A DNA stretch of 64,000 nucleotides from Cyanobacteria bacterium P01_A01_bin.123 (GTDB lineage Bacteria; Cyanobacteriota; Cyanobacteriia; Phormidesmidales; Phormidesmidaceae): assembly GCA_039815185.1 (NCBI GenBank), contig JBCBZT010000026.1, positions 1-64,000 of the forward strand, in the 5' to 3' direction. Within the stretch, counting starts at the first letter, position 1. Each line of letters starts with the position of its first letter. Shown one piece after another: positions 41,460 through 51,394 of the stretch. A program made the translations under genes and the position numbers. The notes below the pieces were generated by a model. It made no database searches and was not told the DNA's origin. It saw only the letters and a program-made list of their open reading frames with translations.

Positions 41460-42563
41460 CTAGGGCAAGCCTCCAATGCATCCCGCTTCGGTAAACTGTG
41501 GGGCAAATCCAGGGTAATATTCCTCAAAATCATCTGACGTTACCGGATCTTCTAACGGTAAAGGATGGGAAAATGCAGAGATCCCGGGTTGGTTGTTGTA
41601 GACGTACGCATTGCCTAGAAAATCACCGTCTAAAACGTACACCTGGGAGTCGTTGGTGTAGAGCTTACCGTTAATGACGCGCCCCATATAAAGTTCGGCA
41701 TGTTCCACATAAGGGACACTCACAATGCAGACTTCTCCCCGATTTGGCGAGGGATAAATCATCACACTTTGAAGATCTGCACCCCAGTCACCCAAAAAAG
41801 GCGCGATCGCCGGGTCAACTTCAGCCCAGGCCGCAGCAAAAGCCGCGTGTTCTTGCTGCACTTCTGGAGTCCGTTTATCCTGGAAATAATCCATTGATTG
41901 CCATTCCGAGATTGTTTGCCGCATCTCATCAATGAGCTGCTGAATTTCTGTCTCAGTGGGGTAGCGTGGTGGAAATTCAGCAAGACAACCTGCCTCATCA
42001 AACTGTGTCACGAGCCCAAGGTTATTTTGAGAAAAATAACCAGAAAAGTAGTTTATCGCTGACGGATGGGTCACAGGTCCCGGGTGTGAATATTCATAGA
42101 GGCGGGGTTGGTTATCGTAAACAGAGGTGCTGCCTAAAAAGTCACTGTCTAAGACAAACACGAGATTGCGCTCGGTATAGACTTTGCCATCAACCACTTG
42201 CCCCCTGTAAAAGTCAACATCTTCCAGATACATATCAACGATGCAAACCTCTCCTCGACTTGCCGAGGGGTAAATCATCAGCGTTTCTTCAATGGCGGTC
42301 CAGCTACCCAGATAGGGGGCGATCGCTGGGTCAGCTTCAGCCCAGGCTGCTGCGAAATCTTCCTGTTCCTGGCGTTCTTCTGGAGTGCGTCGATCGAGAT
42401 GAATGCCCGTGGATTCGAGCTGTGGAATCCTTTGCCGCATCTCTTCAACTAACTGTTGAATCTCTGCGTCAGTCGGGTGGCGTTCGGATTGGGCCTCTGC
42501 CGGAGCCATGACGCCAAGGCTAAACAGTAGGGCAATTGTGCTGAGGGGGAATGGCTTGATCAT
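41460..42563 (-). CDS. Secreted hypothetical protein with two tandem ~170-aa homologous domains
   Basis: Signal peptide (APAEA). Repeat 1: RHPTDAEIQQL...FAAAWAEADPAIAPYLGSW...GEVCIV...EAGCL. Repeat 2: RYPTETEIQQL...FAAAWAEVDPAIAPFLGDW...GEVCIV...EAGCI. Confidence 0.8.
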   Translation of the reverse strand: MIKPFPLSTIALLFSLGVMAPAEAQSERHPTDAEIQQLVEEMRQRIPQLESTGIHLDRRTPEERQEQEDFAAAWAEADPAIAPYLGSWTAIEETLMIYPSASRGEVCIVDMYLEDVDFYRGQVVDGKVYTERNLVFVLDSDFLGSTSVYDNQPRLYEYSHPGPVTHPSAINYFSGYFSQNNLGLVTQFDEAGCLAEFPPRYPTETEIQQLIDEMRQTISEWQSMDYFQDKRTPEVQQEHAAFAAAWAEVDPAIAPFLGDWGADLQSVMIYPSPNRGEVCIVSVPYVEHAELYMGRVINGKLYTNDSQVYVLDGDFLGNAYVYNNQPGISAFSHPLPLEDPVTSDDFEEYYPGFAPQFTEAGCIGGLP

Positions 42564-42622
42564 GGGAATTTTGTTTTCTAGCTGATGAATTAAACCTTTA
42601 TCCAAGTCCAGACCTGGCATTT

Positions 42623-42727
42623 GATAGCGCTGGCCAGATTGCTTAATGCACCTAGCCTCGCTGGGATGCTCAGTACACCAGCAATCTGGCTCGCCGTAGC
42701 GCCCAAAGCTTTGGGGCTACGGCTATA
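42623..42727. mobile_element. 105-bp MITE-like dispersed repeat (second full copy)
   Basis: gatagcgctggccagattgc...gcaatctggctcgccgtagcgc...ggctacggctata; same length as 31482-31586. Confidence 0.8.
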
Positions 42728-42923
42728 TCTGTGGGGACATTCCCCATCCCGAGCTGGACTTGGGTTAGGGGCAGATCCAACGATGCATAGCTTGTGCAAC
42801 ATCGCTAACAGCACTAATTCCGGGACTGATCGCTATCCCTTTGAGGGCCATGCAGGGCATAGGCCGATGGCCAAAACGATAAAATACAGCTAGGGGAGCC
42901 ATGATAAAAAACCGATTTAGCCG

Positions 42924-44240
42924 TTGCAGCAATCGAACGTATTAGCAACACTGGTGCGGGGTGCCAGCACAGCACTGGTGATCCAAATCCTCAGCGCAGG
43001 CGTTTTATATGGCACCCAAGTGCTATTAGCACGCTGGCTGGGCACAACTGCATACGGCATTTACGATTATGTCAATGCTGTCGGTGTTTCTTTAGCCTTT
43101 CTCGCAGGGTTAGGCTTACCCGTTGCCGTGCTGCGCTTTACCTCAGAATACGTCACCCGCCAAGACTGGGCACGGCTTCGAGGGATTATTTGGGGCAGTT
43201 GGCAACAAACCTTAGTGGTGAGTTTGATCACCTCAATCTGTGGCACGGCTATTGTGTTACAGTTGCAAGCCTCTGGTCATTTGAGCGCATACACGACACC
43301 TCTCACGGTGGGGATTTGGGCAGTTCCGATTGTTGCATTGCTGAACCTACAAACGGAAATTGTCCGTGCCTTTCAGCAGATTACATTGGCCTATGCCCCC
43401 GCGCTAATTCTGCATCCACTGTTGCTGATTGCTATGGCGTTTGTTTGGCAACTGCGGCAGACGATAACCAGTACCGCGGCGATCGCCCTTACGATGATTT
43501 CTGCACTGTTGACACTGGTGCTGCAATGGGTGTTATTTCAAAAAAACTTAGATCCCAAAATTCGTAGCGCTCGCCCAGTTTATGCCGTTGCTTATTGGTC
43601 AAAAATTGCCCTGCCATTACTGTTAGTCAGTGGCTCGCACATCATTCTCAGCCAAACTGACACGCTGATGATTGGCACATTGATTAACGCCAAAGCGGTT
43701 GGCATCTACAGTGCTGCCCTCAAAACCTCACTGTGGGTTCCGTTTATTTTGATCGCAGTCAATGCGATTTCAGCGCCGTTGATTGCGTCTCTTTATGCCC
43801 AGGGCGATCGCCCTGGGCTGCAACAATTAGTCTCCACAGTTGCCCGATGGATGTTTTATCCAGCCTTCGCGATCGCGGTTGTATTAATTAGCTTTTCTAA
43901 GCCTATATTGCAATTATTTGGCACAGAATTTGCAGCAGCGAAAGTGGCATTAATTATTTTGATTTTGGGACAGCTCGTAAACGTTGGGGTGGGCTCAGTT
44001 GCATATCTCATGATGATGACGGGACATCAAAATCAGTCCGCTTTAGTGATGGGTGTCAGTGCCCTGACAAATGTGATCTTGAATCTGATCGGCATTCATT
44101 TCTTAGGCATCATTGGTGCCGCCCTAGCCACAGCCCTTTCAATGACGATGTGGAATGTTTGGCTCCATGCTTTAGTGGTTCGAGAGCTTGGCGTTCGTCC
44201 TTCTATTCTGGCTACCTTTCAATTACCCCATCTTCAATAA
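42924..44240 (+). CDS. Polysaccharide flippase (Wzx-like)
   Basis: LLARWLGTTAYGIY, QTDTLMIG...VGIYSAA, PILQLFGTEF and GIIGAALAT; multiple TM segments. The start may really be the ATG at 42901 (see findings). Confidence 0.88.
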   Translation: MQQSNVLATLVRGASTALVIQILSAGVLYGTQVLLARWLGTTAYGIYDYVNAVGVSLAFLAGLGLPVAVLRFTSEYVTRQDWARLRGIIWGSWQQTLVVSLITSICGTAIVLQLQASGHLSAYTTPLTVGIWAVPIVALLNLQTEIVRAFQQITLAYAPALILHPLLLIAMAFVWQLRQTITSTAAIALTMISALLTLVLQWVLFQKNLDPKIRSARPVYAVAYWSKIALPLLLVSGSHIILSQTDTLMIGTLINAKAVGIYSAALKTSLWVPFILIAVNAISAPLIASLYAQGDRPGLQQLVSTVARWMFYPAFAIAVVLISFSKPILQLFGTEFAAAKVALIILILGQLVNVGVGSVAYLMMMTGHQNQSALVMGVSALTNVILNLIGIHFLGIIGAALATALSMTMWNVWLHALVVRELGVRPSILATFQLPHLQ

Positions 44241-44312
44241 GCTTTGAGATAATCTGCTTAATTGATCAAAAAATCTTTGTCCGTCAACCTTAATAGGTTG
44301 CGTTTTAAAGCG

Positions 44313-45551
44313 ATGCGTACTCGACTAAAAGTTTTAATAACAATACTCACGGTGTTCCTGTTGATGCCAGCCCCATCTCCAGCGATCGCATTGACCATTC
44401 TCTTCCCGACAATCGCGCAAGTCACACCGACCCAGCAATTTACCCCCAGCCAAGCCTTAGAAAGACTCTTTACCCAGCCCACAGTAGAGTCTACCTGGTT
44501 TGCCGATCGGTTTTTATCCCAAATTTCAATCGACCAAGTTCAGCAAATTGTCCAAAGCCTATCCCGCAACTTAGGCACATTTCAGCGGGTAGAACCGGTG
44601 GACGATCGCTATCAGTTGGTCTTTGAGCGGGGCATCGTTCCGACCCAGATTCGGCTGAATACAGCAGGGCAAATCACCATGCTGTTTTTCCAGCCACCCC
44701 AGTTAGGCAATGTTTCCTTAGATGAGGTCGTTGCAGCCTTTGAGCAACTTCCAGGGCAAGTGCATTTGCTCATTCGTCGAGGCAATGAAACCTTGGCAGC
44801 AATCAATCCAGAGACGCCATTAGCAGTCGGGTCAGCCTTCAAGCTGGTGGTCTTGCAGGCCCTAGAGCAGCAAATTGCCGCCGGAACCTACAGATGGGAT
44901 CAGGTGATTGTCCTTGATCCAGCTTGGCAAAGTTTGCCCAGCGGGATTTTGCAACGTTGGCCTGCCGATACGCCGCTGACGGTGCAAACCCTAGCAACAC
45001 TGATGATTTCCCTGAGCGACAACACCGCTACTGATGCGTTGATTAACCTGGTCGGCACCGATGCCATTGAAGCCTTGAGTCCCCGCAATCAGCCCTTCCT
45101 CACGACTCGAGCCGCCTTTACGCTCAAAAATCCAGCCAATCAAGCGCTGCTCGATCGCTATCTACAAGCAGGAGAATCTGAGCGGCGATCGCTGCTGGCG
45201 ACCGTCACCGACTATCCCCTGCCAGCGGTTGAACTCTTTACCGATCAGCCCCTGGTTCCTGAAATTGAGTGGTTTTTTACCGCCACAGAGCTTTGCGACG
45301 CGATCGCCACCGTCGCCGACCTCCCCCCTGTGCATGTCGAACCGGGATTGGCCGATCCGGCTGACTGGATCCAAATCGCCTACAAAGGCGGTTCAGAACC
45401 AGGAGTGCTCAATTTCACGACCCACCTCACGACCGACAACGGCAGCACCTATTGCATTACCGCTACCTGGAATCGAGATACGGCATTGGACGAGGCACAG
45501 TTTGCGGGGTTGTATCAAAGTGCGATCGCAGTGTTAAAGACCGAGGATTGA
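44313..45551 (+). CDS. Serine hydrolase of the class A beta-lactamase-like family with an extra N-terminal domain
   Basis: GSAFK (SxxK), ISLSDN (SDN) and YKGGSEPG; N-terminal signal-like region. Confidence 0.85.
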   Translation: MRTRLKVLITILTVFLLMPAPSPAIALTILFPTIAQVTPTQQFTPSQALERLFTQPTVESTWFADRFLSQISIDQVQQIVQSLSRNLGTFQRVEPVDDRYQLVFERGIVPTQIRLNTAGQITMLFFQPPQLGNVSLDEVVAAFEQLPGQVHLLIRRGNETLAAINPETPLAVGSAFKLVVLQALEQQIAAGTYRWDQVIVLDPAWQSLPSGILQRWPADTPLTVQTLATLMISLSDNTATDALINLVGTDAIEALSPRNQPFLTTRAAFTLKNPANQALLDRYLQAGESERRSLLATVTDYPLPAVELFTDQPLVPEIEWFFTATELCDAIATVADLPPVHVEPGLADPADWIQIAYKGGSEPGVLNFTTHLTTDNGSTYCITATWNRDTALDEAQFAGLYQSAIAVLKTED

Positions 45552-45880
45552 AGTTTTAGTCGCCATCCCCGACGATACATTCCCAACCATTCCATTATTT
45601 ACAGTAGATGATCTGCCTGCCAGTGGGTCGAGTTTGATCTACCTTGGTGTAAAAGCAGGGCTATTTTACAGTGTATTGTTGCGCTCGAAGGGGAATGGGA
45701 CTGCAACATCTCCCAAAGGTTGAAAACCCGGAAGCATTCTTAAATGCAAACCCTAAGTGCAAAGCTGAAGGGGAGTGGATTCAGGCTTGGTTTGCGCTTC
45801 GACAGTTTGCGCCATCTCATCGACCCTTGCCCTACCATGGTTTACTAAAGCACATGGTCTCTGAGATGAAAGGGTTGACG

Positions 45881-47707
45881 ATGGAGTTTAAGGTGAAACA
45901 ACGGTTAAGCGCGATCGCCCGTCATGGGCAAATCTTTGCTAAACAAGGGTTGCTGTGGGGGATAGTGGCTGTAGTCGCGATCGCGCTTTCAGGGTGCAGC
46001 CTTGAGCAATTTCGCGTCGCCGAAGCAGCCCAAGGGACTCAGATGATCGCTGCCTTTTCTGAAAACCCCAAGACCTTCAATGCAGCCCTCAGTGCTGAAA
46101 TTCCTAATGTTTTTTACTATTTCACCTATGAAGGACTGCTGACTGAAAACAAGATTACAGCAGAACTCGAACCTGGCCTGGCTGAATCCTGGGAAGTGTC
46201 CGACGACAATCTGAGCTTGGCATTCACCCTGCGCGAGGGATTGAAATGGTCTGATGGCGAACCGCTCACCGCCGAAGACTTTGTTTTTACAATCAACGAC
46301 GTTTATCTCAACGAAGCGATTCCGGCAAATGGTCGAGATGGCCTGCGAGTGGGTGAACAGGGTCTATTTCCAGAGGTCTCGGCAGTCGATGAACGCACCA
46401 TCATGATCGTCTCTCCCGAGCCGTTTGCCCCCCTAGTCAGAACCATTGGCCTCTCCTCCCCGCTCCCTAAGCATGCACTCGAAGACGCTGTTAAAGAGGT
46501 GGATTCATCTGGAGAACCCCGTTTTAATAGCACTTGGAGCATTAATGCCGATCCCCGCGAAGTGGTCTGCAATGGCCCATATGTGATCTCAGATTATGCA
46601 CCAGGGGAACGAGTCATCTTTGAACGCAACCCCTACTACTGGCGCCAAGATGACCAGGGTAATCCCATGCCCTACATCGATCGCATTATCCGCCCGATTA
46701 TTGAATCGTCAGACAATGCGCTGTTGCAGTTTCGCTCTGGCGGGCTGGATGTCGCTGGCGTTGCCCCCAGCAACTACTCTTTACTCAAAAAAGAAGAAGA
46801 TCGGGGCAACTTCACCATTCGCATTGGTGGGCCAAACTCGGGCATGTCCTTCATAACCTTCAATCTCAACAAAGGCAGCCGCAACGGCAAACCCTTGATC
46901 GATCCCATCAAGTCAAGTTGGTTTAACCGTAAGGAATTTCGCCAAGCCGTTGCCTATGGTATCGATCGCGGCACCTTGATCAACAATCTCTATCGGGGCA
47001 TTGGCGAACCTCAATATTCCCCAATCTCGTTGCAAAGCCCCTATTATCTGTCTCCGGAGGAAGGGCTTAAGGTTTATGAACATGACCCTGACATGGCTAG
47101 ACAGTTGCTAGAAAGTGGAGGATTTGAATATGATGGCTCCGGTCAACTGCAGGATGAAGCCGGGAATGCCGTGCGTTTTACTCTCAGCGCCCCGTCCGGT
47201 AGCCCCACGACGGGCAACATCTTGTCTCAGATTAAGCGAGATTTGGGTGCCATTGGCATCCGGGTCGATACACAGGAGATAACTTTCAGCAGCCTGCTCG
47301 ATAAAATTGACGACAGTATTGACTGGGAATGTATTTTCCTAGGCTTTACTGGGGGTGTTGAACCCAATGGAGCCTCAAACTTTTGGCAACCCGAAGGACG
47401 ACTGCACATCTTTAACCAGATGGCACAACCTGGCCAAGACCCAGTCGAAGGTCGAGAAATATCCGATTGGGAAATGCAGATTGGTCAGCTTTACACCCAA
47501 GCTGCCCAAGAAATGGATGAAGAAAGACGAAAAGCTATCTACGCTGAGTTTCAGCAGATTGCCCTAGAACAGTCGCCCTTGATTTACATGGTCAATCCAA
47601 TTTCAATGGCAGCAGTCCGCGATCGCTTCGAGAATATTCAGTTCGCAGCCCTCGACCGCACCCTGTTTTGGAACATCTACGAGGTGAAAGTCAAGGATGA
47701 AGATTAA
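45881..47707 (+). CDS. Peptide/nickel ABC transporter substrate-binding lipoprotein (family 5)
   Basis: Lipobox IALSGC; PKTFN, PGLAESWEVS, LREGLKWSDGEPLTAED and FERNPYYW. Confidence 0.92.
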   Translation: MEFKVKQRLSAIARHGQIFAKQGLLWGIVAVVAIALSGCSLEQFRVAEAAQGTQMIAAFSENPKTFNAALSAEIPNVFYYFTYEGLLTENKITAELEPGLAESWEVSDDNLSLAFTLREGLKWSDGEPLTAEDFVFTINDVYLNEAIPANGRDGLRVGEQGLFPEVSAVDERTIMIVSPEPFAPLVRTIGLSSPLPKHALEDAVKEVDSSGEPRFNSTWSINADPREVVCNGPYVISDYAPGERVIFERNPYYWRQDDQGNPMPYIDRIIRPIIESSDNALLQFRSGGLDVAGVAPSNYSLLKKEEDRGNFTIRIGGPNSGMSFITFNLNKGSRNGKPLIDPIKSSWFNRKEFRQAVAYGIDRGTLINNLYRGIGEPQYSPISLQSPYYLSPEEGLKVYEHDPDMARQLLESGGFEYDGSGQLQDEAGNAVRFTLSAPSGSPTTGNILSQIKRDLGAIGIRVDTQEITFSSLLDKIDDSIDWECIFLGFTGGVEPNGASNFWQPEGRLHIFNQMAQPGQDPVEGREISDWEMQIGQLYTQAAQEMDEERRKAIYAEFQQIALEQSPLIYMVNPISMAAVRDRFENIQFAALDRTLFWNIYEVKVKDED

Positions 47708-47790
47708 AGGAAAATTGTACGGGCAGATTTAGTCATAAAGCATTGAGCATAGCTGCAAAATAACTTTCAAACCCCGCCCATATCAAACAA

Positions 47791-49134
47791 CTACCCTTCA
47801 CCAGTGACTGAAAGGGCGTCTACCCAAACGCGTGGGCATATTCCACCAGGCGTGATCTCAGCTTCCGGTTCCATATAGATAATGGAATTCAGCACATCCT
47901 GGATGTCCCCAGCCACCGTGGCCGACTCAATGCTGGTTTTCTCACCTTGATGCAGCATCCAGCCGTCAAAAGGCAGCGAGAAAGACCCTTGCAGGGCATT
48001 CACGCCAGCGTGGAGCGCCTGCAACTCATCGATCCAAATCACATTTTCTGCCGACTCAAGGCTCAAGCTGTCGCTCACCGTCTTACCCGGCAATACATGG
48101 TAAAAGTTCGCCCCAACACTAACTTTGGCCCCAATGCTGGCATGGCCTGTGGGTTTAGCCTTGAGTCGTTTGGCTGTCCCTGCACTATGCAAGAAGTTTG
48201 CCAGAATCCCATCCGTAATCAGGGGCAGTCGCCGGGTTGGGGTGCCTTCGCCATCGAAGGTTTCAGCTGAAATATTCTCCGGGTGTAGCGCATCATCGTA
48301 AACCGTCAGCAGCGGTGAGGCAACTTGCGTCCCTAACGACTCAGGCGTAGACAAACTACGCTTATCTAAAATGCTCTGGGCATTAAACAGATTAGAAAAC
48401 GCGCTCAGCAAGCTGAGAAACGCCTCAGCAGAAAATACCACCGGGTACTTGCCAGACTGGATTTTTTCATAGTTGAGGTGGCTAATGATTTTATCCGCGG
48501 CTTCTTTGAGGCAACCTGCAGTATCCAGTTGTGACAGCCCACTTTGGATACGCATGGCTCCTGCTGCTCGAGGTTTGCGGCCCTCTTGTTCAGTTTTGCC
48601 ATACAGATAAATCGAGGCGTAGGTGCGGGCCTCCTGGCGCAGGGCACCATTACTATTGAGATAAAATCGCTCAATATCTCGTTGGGCTAAGCCGTTATAG
48701 GGCACACTCGCGATCGCGTCGTGAGCTTCCAACAGCGTTTTCTCCGCCGCCACCAGTTTTTCAATCAAGTTCGAGACAGGAGCCTGGGGTTGCGATTCCA
48801 CCTCAACATTAGCCGTGGGCGCAGTGGCTTCTGGGCTAAAGTCAGGGACATGCTCCTTAGCCCCAAAATCACTGGCTTCTTGGGCAGTTTTCAGCGCCAA
48901 CTCTAACCCGGTCGTATCTAAATCCGTCGTGGTGGTCACCCCCAAGCGATCGTCATTATTCCACACCCGCACAATCACGCTAGAGCGGTTGGAAGCTTTA
49001 ACTTGCTTGGGTTCCCCTCTATCTACCTGCACGCTGGTTTCGTCTACAGACGATCCGTAAATGTCGTATTTAGCAATTCCTAGCTTCTTCGCTGTGGTTT
49101 CGGCTTGAGCCGCAATATCTTGGATCTGCGTCAT
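47791..49134 (-). CDS. pmbA: TldE/PmbA-family protein
   Basis: FDGEGTPT, LQGSFSLPFDG and ATVAGD; no HExxH; directly downstream of tldD. Confidence 0.88.
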   Translation of the reverse strand: MTQIQDIAAQAETTAKKLGIAKYDIYGSSVDETSVQVDRGEPKQVKASNRSSVIVRVWNNDDRLGVTTTTDLDTTGLELALKTAQEASDFGAKEHVPDFSPEATAPTANVEVESQPQAPVSNLIEKLVAAEKTLLEAHDAIASVPYNGLAQRDIERFYLNSNGALRQEARTYASIYLYGKTEQEGRKPRAAGAMRIQSGLSQLDTAGCLKEAADKIISHLNYEKIQSGKYPVVFSAEAFLSLLSAFSNLFNAQSILDKRSLSTPESLGTQVASPLLTVYDDALHPENISAETFDGEGTPTRRLPLITDGILANFLHSAGTAKRLKAKPTGHASIGAKVSVGANFYHVLPGKTVSDSLSLESAENVIWIDELQALHAGVNALQGSFSLPFDGWMLHQGEKTSIESATVAGDIQDVLNSIIYMEPEAEITPGGICPRVWVDALSVTGEG

Positions 49135-49136
49135 GG

Positions 49137-50621
49137 TTATCGTCCTCCCACGGTAATCGCATCCACTTTTAGGTGGGGTTGACCCACGGTCACATAAATA
49201 CTGCCGCTAACCGAGCCACAAAAGCCCGGTGCCAGACCCAAATCATTGGAGCACATGGAAATCCGATCCATAATTTCGGTTGCTTCACCAATCAGCGTTG
49301 CGCCCTTCAAGGGCTTGGTCAGCTTACCATTCTCAATCAGATAGGCTTCACTCACCGCGAAATTGAATTGCCCCGTTGGCCCGACGCTACCGCCGCCCAT
49401 TTTCTTGCAGTAAATGCCTTTGTCAATGGAGGCGAACAAGTCATCAATACTGTGCTCACCCGGTGCGATATAGGTATTACGCATGCGAGATGCCGCAGCA
49501 TAGGTATAGCTTTGCCGTCGGCCACTGCCCGTGCGCGGGTGTCCAGTCCTCATAGAACCCGCTCGATCGGACAGGAAATTCTTCAACACGCCGTTTTCAA
49601 TCAGCAGGGTACGTTGGGCAGGCATCCCCTCATCGTCCATGTCAATGGTGCCAAACTCATCGTCGGTTAATCCCTCATCCCAGGCGGTAAGGTTTTCGTG
49701 GGCGATTTTTTCACCCTTTTTATCCATAAAAGGCGTTGTCCCCCGTTCGATTTGGGTGGTTTCGAGCAGGTGACCGCAAGCTTCATGGAAAATGACGCCG
49801 CCAAAGTGATTAGCCATCACAATTGGGTAGGTGCCCGACTCAACGTAGTCGGCATAAAGCATTTTGCCCGCCGCCTCAGAGACCTGATCGGCGGTGTCGT
49901 TATAGTCCCAAGTTCTCAGGAAGGCTGGATCGCTAGTATCGCCTACCCGCTGCCCAATGGAAGAGCGATGGCTACCATCGGCACACAACAAGTTGTAGCC
50001 AACCGATTGGGTGAGGCGAATGTCACGGGCGAAAGTGCCGTCACTAGAGGCCACCAGTACCTCTTGCCAATCACGGAAATAGGCTGCACGGCGCGACTGG
50101 ACGTGGCTAGCCTTTTGCTCCAGAGCAGCGTTGGCCGCCAGCAGCACGTCCCCCATCTCCTGCATTGAGCTGCACTGTGCTAGCCAGGGCTCTTTGTTAC
50201 GGGCGATCGCGTAGTCACGCAATAACTCCAAGTTGATTTCTGGCACGTGGGCATTGGGACTGGGTAGCGTCAACCCCATGATCGACAATCCCTTTTCCAA
50301 AGCAGCCTTCAACCCGTTAAAACTCAAGTCATTGGTGCTGACATAACAATCTGCTTTGCCCAAAAATACCCGTACCCCAGCCCCCGTAACTAATCGAGGC
50401 GAAATGCTGGTAATCGCATCATCCTCAGCCTGGGCACTGATATAGTTGTTGCGCTCTAAGAAAAACTCAATAAAATCTGCCCCAGCAGCTCGCCCTAGCC
50501 CCAACAGAGTCGAGAGGGGCTTTTCCCACGACTGATCAAAGCGATCGCGGGTGGCATGGTAGTGCAACGATGGGATCTCCTTAGACCGGAGAAATATAGG
50601 AGAGGGGGTAGCCAGAGTCAT
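49137..50621 (-). CDS. tldD: TldD-family metalloprotease
   Basis: [26 protein letters not shown] and GFCGSVSG...VGQPH. Confidence 0.92.
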   Translation of the reverse strand: MTLATPSPIFLRSKEIPSLHYHATRDRFDQSWEKPLSTLLGLGRAAGADFIEFFLERNNYISAQAEDDAITSISPRLVTGAGVRVFLGKADCYVSTNDLSFNGLKAALEKGLSIMGLTLPSPNAHVPEINLELLRDYAIARNKEPWLAQCSSMQEMGDVLLAANAALEQKASHVQSRRAAYFRDWQEVLVASSDGTFARDIRLTQSVGYNLLCADGSHRSSIGQRVGDTSDPAFLRTWDYNDTADQVSEAAGKMLYADYVESGTYPIVMANHFGGVIFHEACGHLLETTQIERGTTPFMDKKGEKIAHENLTAWDEGLTDDEFGTIDMDDEGMPAQRTLLIENGVLKNFLSDRAGSMRTGHPRTGSGRRQSYTYAAASRMRNTYIAPGEHSIDDLFASIDKGIYCKKMGGGSVGPTGQFNFAVSEAYLIENGKLTKPLKGATLIGEATEIMDRISMCSNDLGLAPGFCGSVSGSIYVTVGQPHLKVDAITVGGR

Positions 50622-50847
50622 GCAATCCTTATTCCTTAAGTGAATAGACGCAATTATTTCAGGTCTTCTCAGTCTAACAAACTGTTGAGAGATGAGAGAA
50701 ACCGCGTAGGGCATCCCGCTATAAAGCTCATTGAAAAAGCTCAACTAACCCGTCAAAAGAAGAATATCGTATCTTTACAGCCGAGCTTGATTGAGCACTC
50801 CATCTCACATCCCAGTTTTTTCAACACCCTACGTATTTTTTCTTAGA

Positions 50848-50965
50848 CTAGATAGAATCACTTAACTTTGTCTAATGGACAATCACCCTAAAAAGTGCTT
50901 TTTCTCGAGAAAAAAAATTTAGCCAGTGATCTCCTAAGAATTTATCCCTAGATAGAATTACTTAA
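50848..50965. promoter_or_regulatory. Pair of 18-bp direct repeats, candidate operator sites
   Basis: CTAGATAGAATCACTTAA (50848-50865) and CTAGATAGAATTACTTAA (50948-50965), exactly 100 bp apart, in the divergent tldD/NRPS intergenic region. Confidence 0.5.
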
Positions 50966-51394
50966 GCTTAGCCAGAAAGCACCTCTAAATTGGCTCAAAA
51001 AAATATATTCATAATGATTGAGGAACTCTCAGAGCTTTTCTATTTCAAATACATGCCACTTCACTTCAGTCAATAGAGAAAAGCTCGAAAAAGCGTTCAA
51101 TTTGAGTTTTAGAGAATCCGTCATATGGCTTAGTCAATCCCCGAATCCGCTGGGAATGATCAGATTGGAGCACCTTTGGTATAGGTTCAATCTCATTCTG
51201 GATTTTTCATAAATTTTTGATCTAATTAAATTTTGGCGATTTTCAAAGATCAGAAATATGAGTCTATATAAACGTGAGACCATGCTTTAACCCTGGGCAT
51301 CAACTTTAGTTCTTACAGGATGTCGAGAAGTTTATGCTCTTCAAAATCATCAGGCTGTGGTTTGTTTCTAATTAGGTTGTTGGACAATGGGGAA

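Noticed and set aside
45671..45880. Long N-terminal extension of the ABC substrate-binding protein
   Set aside because: The position of the lipoprotein signal indicates a start near 45881; the upstream open frame looks incidental.
47791..50621. tldD/tldE as part of the NRPS cluster (peptide maturation)
   Set aside because: They are divergently transcribed, look like the ordinary conserved cyanobacterial pair with host-like composition, and an A-T-R product needs no leader cleavage.
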